64,000 nt of DNA from the human T2T-CHM13v2.0 reference genome, Homo sapiens. Below the pieces are notes generated by a model. That model was not told the origin of the DNA and ran no database searches. It worked only from the letters and a program-made list of their open reading frames with translations. The stretch is taken from NCBI RefSeq assembly GCF_009914755.1, contig NC_060941.1. One strand, given 5' to 3'. Shown here in pieces: positions 49,791-64,000 of the stretch (positions are counted from its first letter, which is position 1; the number at the start of each line of letters is the position of its first letter). A program made the position numbers and the translations under genes.

Positions 49791-50356
49791 CCATGGCTAT
49801 CATGGTAGTATTGAGGCCTGAGGCAAAATGGGAAGTTTTATTTATTTGAAATGGGGGTCTTGGTCTGTGGCCCACGTTGGGGTGCAGGGTGCAATCGTAG
49901 TTCACTGTAACCTTGAACATCTGGGCTCAAGCATTTCTCCTGCCTCAGCCTCCCAAGTTGCTGGGACTGCAGATGTGCACCACTACACCTGGCTAATTAA
50001 AACAATTTTTTTGTAGAGATAGGGTCTTGCTATGTTGCCCAGGCTGGTCTCAAACTCCTGGCCTCAAGTGATCTGCTTGCCTCAGCCTCCCAAAGTGCCT
50101 GGATTACGGATGTGAGTCACTGTGCCTGGTTTAAATAAGACGTTTTAGAATACTGTTAAGACAGCTAGAATTTTGTGTTAAGGAGTTTGGTACTGAGAAT
50201 ATGAGGGAGGGGATTTCCCTTGCTTTTTTCTATTTGAGGACTAACTATAAGACAGATATATCTGGTCAGGCATGGTGGCTCACGCCTGTGGTCCCAGCAC
50301 TTTGGGAGGCCGAGTGGGCGGATTGTGAGGTTAGGAGATCGAGACTATCCTGGCTA

Positions 50357-50552
<196 letters not shown>

Positions 50553-50849
50553 CTAGAGAACCATCTTCAGCTTGCTATTCCCAAAGTTGGTATGATTCAG
50601 GTTATGATCTGTTCATTTAAATGCAAGGTTTGGAGCCTAGAAAGTGAGGGCATGTGAGTCGGGGAGTGAGAGAGTGAGGATGGGTTGGTTGGCAAGGGCT
50701 GGGGAGTGGAAAAGTAAGGTGAAGAGGAGGGAAGGAAGACTGAACCAGACTCTTGCCAAATAGTGAACTCAACTTTCCTTCCAGGGATCTCTGGGGAGTA
50801 GCCTATGGGCAACTTTTCTGGTATAGTCTACCCAATTGAAACACAATAG

Positions 50850-51128
<279 letters not shown>

Positions 51129-51164
51129 TGAGCCACTGTGCCCGACCCACAATAGCACGTTTTA

Positions 51165-51440
<276 letters not shown>

Positions 51441-51675
51441 CTATGATGACCTTAACTTAAGGCTGGGTTAAGATAGGTAGAGTGCTGGAGTTAGGCACAA
51501 GTTCTGGTGCCAGCAGCAGATATATGTGATAGTCCAGATATTAACCGATTAGTAGTCCTTAGGTGAATTCATCTTATACAATTGTGATATAGCTTGCTTT
51601 TATTTTAGTTTTTCGTTCTGTCTTATTTTTAGAAAATTTTTATGAGGTCAGTTGAGTTTAGAGTTGGAGATTAGG

Positions 51676-51694
51676 TAGCCACCAGGGGGCTCCA
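51676..51694 (+). promoter_or_regulatory. CTCF core motif, copy 1
   Basis: TAGCCACCAGGGGGCTCCA versus consensus TGGCCACCAGGGGGCGCTA. Confidence 0.75.
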
Positions 51695-52271
51695 ATGAGG
51701 AGTTACAAAGGTTTTGCTGGTTCTCTTACTGGCAAATCCTCTGATGTTACCCGTCAGTTCACCTTAGGTGAATCACTTAGTGTCTGGACTATCAGGGAAA
51801 TGGAGGCAGGTGAATTGCAGGAGTATAATTCATTGTTTCTTAATTAGAGATATACTTTCAATGACCAAGCTCTATTCTAGACTAATGAATCAACAGCCCA
51901 GGCATTCTTTTTTTTTGGTAGATGAGTGTGGTAAATGGTTTATTGAAATAAAACTTACAGAGGAATATTTCTAAGTCCTAGGTATTCATTTTTGTGTCCT
52001 TTGAAAAAACTCCCTGGGTAAAACTGTGGGGGGCACTTCTTACCCTTTGAAGTCATGTAGAACTAAACACTTATATTTCCTTTGCTAAGACTATTCAGAG
52101 AAATATTTTCAGTTCCATTTATATTAGAAATCTTACTTTGAATTTAGCTTTTCAGAATATAACTCAAAACTCTGCAATTGTGATAAAGCTTGCTTTTATT
52201 TTAGTTTTTGGTTCTGTCTTATTTTTAGGTAATTTTTATGAGGTCAGTTGAGTTTAGAGTTGGAGATTAGG

Positions 52272-52290
52272 TAGCCACCAGGGGGCTCCA
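52272..52290 (+). promoter_or_regulatory. CTCF core motif, copy 2
   Basis: Identical TAGCCACCAGGGGGCTCCA, 596 bp downstream of copy 1 and in the same orientation. Confidence 0.75.
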
Positions 52291-52388
52291 GTGAGGAGTT
52301 GTAAAGGTTTTGTTGGTTCTCTTCCTGGTGAATCCTCTGAATACTGTGTAATGTTATCTATTAATTTATTTACAGAGCTAGAATTTAG

Positions 52389-52677
<289 letters not shown>

Positions 52678-53146
52678 TGAACTCCCGACCTCAGGTGATC
52701 CACCTGCCTTGGCCTCCCAGATTGCTGGGATTACAGGCATGAGCCACTGCGCCTGGCCAGCATTTCTTAAGAGAACTTTGGATTTATATAAAAACCTGTT
52801 GTATTAGCAATTAGTTCTCTGGAGAGCTCAGTTTCTCATTTCATTTCTTTTGCTCTTATGCTCTAGTTAGCAACCTTAATATAAAACTTGCAGTAACCAA
52901 AGTGATAGAAGATCTTCAGTACTTAATATTTACTTTGTCAAAGCTAGCATGTCAGGGATACCTGATGGCGTGCTAGACTGTCTAGCATTGAGTGCTGCTT
53001 TAAGTCAGTTACTTTGCACCTTACCTCACTACTTAGGTGGCAGATAGTAGTAGGGGTTCAGAGTGCCTTTAAATAAAGCTTAAAAGCGCTTTTACGTGTT
53101 AGGCTAATTCTAATTTCTTTTTTTTTTAATTAAAAAAATTTTTTTT

Positions 53147-53252
53147 AAGACTAGTCAAAGTGCAGTAGTGAGAAGCAGGGAAAGAGTAGATCAGGAGCTC
53201 AATCTGTAACTGACTGTGAACAATCGAGATTACTCATTACCTTCAGACCAGC
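53147..53252 (-). pseudogene. Y1 RNA (RNY1) retropseudogene in intron 3
   Basis: Reverse complement GCTGGTCTGAAGGTAATGAGTAATCTCGATTGTTCACAGTCAGTTACAGATTGAGCTCCTGATCTACTCTTTCCCTGCTTCTCACTACTGCACTTTGACTAGTCTT closely matches hY1, followed by an A-rich tail (T runs at 53118-53146). Confidence 0.93.
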
Positions 53253-53789
53253 TTTTATCCCCTTTAATGCAAGCTAGGTTACTGTACCTGTTTGCTTTAA
53301 GAGTGATGATGAATTGATTAGTTGCACTGCTTAGAATCTGAAAGGGAAAAAGCCAGCTGGACCTTTTGAGTCTTAAAAGCAACTGCTAGGAATGAGGCAT
53401 TAGTGCTTAGGATGAGAATTTCTCCCCTTTATTACCTGTGTATTATACATTACCATTACTATTTCTAACCAGGGAGAAATCTGTGCTTTAAAAATTCCTA
53501 ATCTGTCATAGAAATCTACATTCCAGGTCTATACATGTTGTTTGGAAGTTCTTGGTCTCTCCTCAGTAGGTAGGAGTCTTGAAGATAGAGCTCTTTTCCT
53601 AAAAAACATAATCTAAGCACAAAAATATTTTATGTGTAAAAAGCCAAGTTGATGCTCCATTATGATATAACTATTACACATTGAGATACTGTGGATCAGA
53701 CACTAAATAGAGCAACATGGATAATATGTAAGGAGGGAATTTAAGCTGTTCTCCAAAGCATGGTTTGTGGGAAGAATTTGAGGACATAA

Positions 53790-53924
<135 letters not shown>

Positions 53925-54291
53925 TAAGCATGAGACAGAGGGTGAATGTAAGCAGTACCATCCTTATCAAAAGTATCTTCAGCAACTTTGTAATTACCTA
54001 GATACCGAAAGATTATTGATGGTAGCCCCACTTATGATAATTGCTCTGATTGAAGTTTTGAGACAGATTTGCTACTTGGCTCAGAGTAGTAAGCAACAAC
54101 ATGGTAAAGTTAACAGTCATTTGCTGGCTATAATAGGAGACAATACATTGGCTAGATCGTCTCTTATGCTGAATTTGATGCTATCATCAGAAATTGCATA
54201 TTTAACAGTAACAGTTCTGTGACTGTCAATCTTTGATTTCTTTCTGTGGCTTTTTCCCCCCCCTTCAATCAATGCCTTTTCTCTTTCCTAG

Positions 54292-54349
54292 GCAAGACTG
54301 GTGTCTTTGTACTTTGATACCAAGAGGTACCAGGAAGCATTGCATTTGG
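54292..54349 (+). CDS. PSMD11: PSMD11 exon 5 (ARLVSLYFDTKRYQEALHL + 1 nt)
   Basis: ttttctctttcctAG acceptor and TGG|GTAAGT donor; 58 nt. Confidence 0.97.
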
Positions 54350-54843
54350 GTAAGTAAGCTGGTAATAAGTCATCTCAGCTAGCTAAATGAATGTATTCTA
54401 AACCACCTGGCTACTCTTACTAATTACCTGTTAATAATTTATATTCTACTGACTTCTAAGAAGGATTTAAAGTAGCTTACAGTTCTGCATTTGTCATGGG
54501 AAAATGTCATTTGAAAGTTTAAAAAACTAGCTAGAGTTAATCTGTCAAATTTAGAGGACAAATGGGTAGTTTTAAGTTTACTTGAATTTGGAGCAGTAAA
54601 ATCAATTCCATTTTAATAACTGAAATTTAAAAAAAGTGTATCTATATTTTGCATATAGTACTCTGTTAAATTTCAGATTTAGGTTTTTAAAGGCAAATGT
54701 TTGGCTTACTGTCCTATTTACTATATCTGCTTATATACTTAAAATCTATTTTAAAAATCAAGAAATTAATTGGGTACAAATATATTTGGAAGCTGGAGTG
54801 GCTAACTGAAGCCTTTTTCCTGTGTGGCCTTTAAACACCTTGA

Positions 54844-55047
<204 letters not shown>

Positions 55048-55329
55048 TAATTTTTGTATTTTTAGTAGAGATGGGGTTTTGCTGTGTTGGCCATGCTGGT
55101 CTCAAACTACTGACCTCAAGTGATCTGCCTGCCTTAGCCTCCCAAAGTGCTAGGATTACAGGCATGAGCCACCGTGTCCGGCCACTGCTTGCTTTTTATG
55201 AGTGGGTAGATCTGGACTATTTTTTCCGAACAAAAGAACATGGCTCTTATGATCTATTAGGTTGAAGAGTTTCCAATATTCAATTTTTGGACTGCAAAAG
55301 TGGCAATTTCATATGGTTCAAATAGGAGC

Positions 55330-58290
<2,961 letters not shown>

Positions 58291-58740
58291 TTTGATATTC
58301 TAGTTTGAGATGGGGGAGTCAGGGAAGAAGGTATATTTGGAGAACATTGGTATATCTAGAACTCTTTACTTCCTTCATCAACCTAGTGCCCCAGTGTTTC
58401 TTATATAGCCTTGTGATTGCTAGACAAGAAGAGAGCGAGATTGTGTCTTTCTGAACTGGATAACTAGATTTAGCATTTTATAGGTAGAGATTCCCACTGT
58501 ATTTAAATCTTAGGAGTAAGCTCATAGGACTGTTGGCTCTAATATTGTCCTTAGGAAGCAGAAAACTTCAAAGAGGTGTGTTTTTCTCTTGGAAGATAGC
58601 ACATTAGTGGAAAATTTAATTATTGCATGGGGTCTAGAGGTAACCTTTTTTGAGTTCAGGAATTTTTTTTTTTTTTTAATCCTGAGTGTTATGAGGGTGG
58701 GAGAGTGAGCTATTATTAGGTATTAAGCTGATGGCTATAA

Positions 58741-58995
<255 letters not shown>

Positions 58996-59946
58996 TAAAG
59001 CTCATCTTATTTTATAGGTGGAAGGAATGGGGGTTGGGGCTGGAGAATAAAATTGGCTGATTTGGCTCTAGCTTCTTCAGAGAACCAGTTAGAAAGCTAC
59101 CTTTCTAACTAGCTGCTCCCCTCCTGTTAACTGCCTAAAATGTATTAAGAACATACCTATCTGTGGTTGACCAGGCAATCTGACTTTTAGAACCAAACTT
59201 AGAAAGGTCGCACGTAGAAGACTCCCTTAGCTCTTAGCCACTTACTCAGAATAGTAGCATTTTCCTTTGGGATTGGCCTACCCCAAGTCTGTTGACTCTT
59301 GGAGATCTTTGTAAAGTTGGTTGACTTTTCCAAAGGGCCTCAAATCAGGGCTGAGGAATGATAACCCAATTTCAGCTGAGTGTGGTATGTAGTTTTCCGA
59401 TGGAGTGCGTGAATGTGAGGCTGGGAAGCCATGGATTGGCAGGTGGAATACTTTCTTTTGTATTCAGCAGTTTTTTTTTTTACTGGAGGCGTCATTATTG
59501 AAGGAATGTTGGAATTGGAAGCAGAAGACGAGTTTAAGTGCTTGTGTTACCTCTCATCTGTAAAAGATAATGCCTACTCGACTCATCTGTCAGGGATGTA
59601 CTGATCTAGGATCAGGCTTTCCTAGGTTGACATTTTGTTCTGCTGCTTTCTAGTATGTGACTTTGGGCAAGTTACTTAATTTATGTTTAGCTCATCTGTA
59701 AAATGGTAATAATTGGCACATGATAGAGCCTCATTAATGTTTGTGTTGAATGAGTGACAGTCTAGTTTTTTGTTTTGTTTTTACTTTTTTTTTTTTTGAG
59801 ACAGGGTCTCACTCTGTTGCCCAGGTTGGAGCACAGTGGTGCAGTCACAGCTTACCACAGCCTCAACTTCCTGGGCTCAAGTGATCCTCCTATCTCAGTC
59901 TCTTGAGTAGCTGGGACTACAGGAGCGCGACACCATGCCAAGCTAA

Positions 59947-60257
<311 letters not shown>

Positions 60258-62290
60258 TAGTAGAGATGGGGTTTCACCATGTTGGCCAGGCTGGCCGCAC
60301 GCCTCTGCCTCCCAAAGTGCTAGGATTATAGGCATGAGCCACTGTGCCTGGCCTGTTTCTGTTTTTAACAATAAACCTCATGTGCCAGCCATGACACTCA
60401 GAGTGCTGATATGGCCCCTGTTAACTAATGTGTTTGGCAAAGCAGTATACCAGTTCTTGGGCCTTATTTTATTTATTTGTTTTTTAACCATACATATTTT
60501 TGGGTCTGGCTTATTCTCTCTCTATACTGGGAGATGTGGAAAAATGGAGATGTGTCTCATTTAGTTTAGCAGCATTAATGGTTTGTTGGGTTGTTGAAGG
60601 GGCTTTCCTTAGCTACAGAGAAGAGCAGATATTCCTTGAGGCCTCTATACTTAACAGTAGTAGAAAAAGGATCTGATTCCCACAAACCCAAAGTGGGAGG
60701 TTTTTTGAGTAGGCTGGAAGGACGCATCACTCAATAAATGGTGAAGTCAGAAGGTTCCTGCTGGTATTGAGTTCTTTGGATCATGTGTCAGCAGCGTCAT
60801 CCTTTGACTCTAGTGTGCTAAATACTTTCTACATGTATCTTGATGTGAAAGATGTTGGGAAGCAGTTGTGGTAAACAAATGGATGGGGCTGAGGTCTGTA
60901 ACTTCTTAAAGGGCTGGGGCAGAGTTAGAGCTAATATACACAAATAGAGAATTTTAGGGTTTAGATGCCTCCCAAGCTTGGAAAGAACTAATTTTTATGT
61001 TATCCCAAGTGATAGCATAGGTTGGCAGTAGTAGCAGGTTCAATCAAAGTTAAGCTCATTGGGAGCAACTCAACTTCTAAGCAATAGGGGATTGGTTAGG
61101 TCAACTATGGTATATCAGTCTGAAGAAATACTGCTTAGCCATGTATAATTAAGTTCATGGATTTGGCATTATGTGAAAGCTGTACACTGAGTGCATTTAG
61201 GCAAAAGCACATCCACAAATGATAAATATTTGAAATGAAAATATAAGATGTTGGATTCCCTCTCCCATGCCCCATGACAGTTGCATAAATATAAAACTAT
61301 CAGGCTTAGAAAAGCTATCTTAAAGTAGTTAATATTATTAGAACAGGTCATTCAGGCAGTCTAGAGATGTTTAGGTCAACTCCCTGACCTGTGAATGTGA
61401 TGTCATGGAGGGTAAACATGGCCTTTTCCTGTGGCTCCAAAAGATAGCAGGACTGGAATGGTGGTGAGAAGCATGGAAGAAAGATGGTACAGTATGTGTT
61501 TTTCAGGTCCCTTTTAAGTTGAGTCTCTAACTCCTTTGGGAACTTATATTGGCAATATGACATTGAGCTGGGAGGTCAGAGACTTGGATTCTCATCTTCT
61601 AATCTCAGCTGTCAAATTGCTGACTATGGTGACTTTGGGCAGGTTTTTTTTTTTTTAGACGGTCTCACTTTTTCACCCATGCTGCAGTGCATTTTTGCTA
61701 TCACAGCTCCCATCGCTATCATCAGCCTCCCAGGCTCACGTGATCCTCCTACCTCAGTCTCATGAGTAAGTAGCTGGGGCTACAGGCATGTGCCACCACG
61801 CCTGGCTAATTTTTTGTAGAGATGGGGTTTCACCCTGTTGCCTAGGCTGGTCTTGAGCTCCTAGGTTCAGGTGATCCACCTGCCTTGGCCTCCCAAAGTG
61901 TTGAGATTACAGATGTGAGCCACTGTGCCTGGCAGAGCAGGTTCTTTATCCTTTCCTGACCTCATCAGTAGGTTGGTGGAGTTGACGTAGAGTTTTTTTT
62001 TTTTTTTGAGACAGTGTCTTGCTCTGTTGCCCAGGCTGGAGTGCAGTGACGTGACCTCGGCTCACTGCAACCTCTACCTCCTGGATTCAAGTGATTCTCC
62101 TGCCTCAGCCACCTGAGTAGCTGGGATTACAGGCATGTACCACCAAGGCCGGCTAATTTTTGTATTTTTAGTAGAGATGGCGTTTTGCCTTGTTGGCCAA
62201 GCTGATCTCGATCTCCTGACCCTCAAGTGATCTGGCTGCCTTGGCCTCCCAAAGTGCTGGGATTATAGACGTTAGAGTTTACAGACGTGA

Positions 62291-62986
<696 letters not shown>

Positions 62987-63512
62987 CTATCCTCCTGCCT
63001 CAGCCTCTCAAAAGTGCCGAGATTACAGGAGTGAACCCCTGCACCTGGCTTTTTTTTTTTGAGACGGAAGTTTGCCCTTGTTGCCCAGGCTGGAGTGCAG
63101 TGGCGCAATCTCGGCTCACCGCAACCTCCGCTTCCTGGGTTGAAGTGATTCTCCTTCCTCAGCCTCCCGAGTAGCAGGGATTACAGGCATGCGCTACCAC
63201 ACCCAGCTAATTTTTTTTGTAATTTTAGTAGAGATGGGATTTGTCCATGTTGGTCAGTCTGATCTTGAGCTCCTGACCTCAGGTGATCCGCCTGCCTCAG
63301 CCTCCCAAAGTGCTGGGATTATAGGCGTGAGCTGAAACCGTGCCCAGCATTTTTTTTTTTTTCAAGAGATGGGGTCTTACTATGTTACTCAGGCTTGTCT
63401 CGAACTCCTGGGCTCACATGATCCTCCCATCTCAGCCTCCCAAAGTGTGGATTTACAGGTGTGAGCCACCGTGCCCATTTAGGTAGATGTCTAAGCTGCC
63501 TCCCAGCTCTGA

Positions 63513-63713
<201 letters not shown>

Positions 63714-64000
63714 TAGGTGCACCTTAACTCTGGACTACAAGAACTCAGATCCTTCAGCAAGTCTGTTTGCCATGGCAGAGATGGCCTGAGCAGGGAGTTT
63801 GGCCAGTTACAGAAACAGCAGCAGCTGCGGCCTCTAGGGCTGGCTAAGGTAGAGCGGGAGGATCAAAAGTGGTCCAGAAAACTTTCGCTTGCTAGTCTTT
63901 CAGAATCAGGCAGACATTTTAGAAATCCCCTTCCCAGCTCCTCTTGGAGAATTCTCCTCATCCTTTAAATATTCTGTCCTCATAGGTGCAGAGCACAGGA

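Larger units (their letters stand above)
51579..52340 (+). repeat. 166-bp direct duplication (51579-51744 and 52175-52340)
   Basis: Manual ungapped alignment gives 11 mismatches in 166 nt (~93%), with a central 60-nt identical block. Confidence 0.95.

Noticed and set aside
60676-60706. Hairpin TCCCAC-AAACCCAAA-GTGGGA followed by a T run, resembling an intrinsic terminator
   Set aside because: A 6-bp stem in a eukaryotic intron is expected by chance, and I see no Pol III gene upstream.

Overview
Primate genomic DNA, very probably human chr17q11.2, inferred from AluY/AluS/AluJ, L1PA and MST repeats plus a PSMD11 coding sequence matching the human protein as I recall it. The right half (from ~34.2 kb) holds the CpG-island promoter and coding exons 1-7 of PSMD11 (26S proteasome lid subunit Rpn6) on the + strand. 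These exons splice in frame to 262 codons + 2 nt, and the gene runs past the window end. The left half is extremely Alu-dense intergenic DNA. It contains two processed pseudogenes on the - strand (RPL31-derived and NUDT15-derived), a complete MST MaLR element with both LTRs and a 5-bp TSD, two solo LTRs, old L1 fragments and DNA-transposon fossils. PSMD11 introns contain a Y1 RNA retrocopy, a long L3/CR1 fossil and dozens of Alus. Almost all ORFs in the supplied track are Alu, LTR or GC-rich artefacts. I find no support for a new protein-coding gene or a new multi-gene system. The most unusual signals are: (1) a local 166-bp duplication in intron 3 that doubled a near-consensus CTCF motif; (2) a NUDT15 retrocopy carrying the equivalent of the R139C pharmacogenetic allele; (3) an Alu flanked by a 54-bp direct repeat; (4) twin identical ARE/NF-E2 sites in intron 1; (5) a latent splice donor just upstream of the start codon. 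Repeat subfamily names and parent-gene comparisons come from memory, not from a search.
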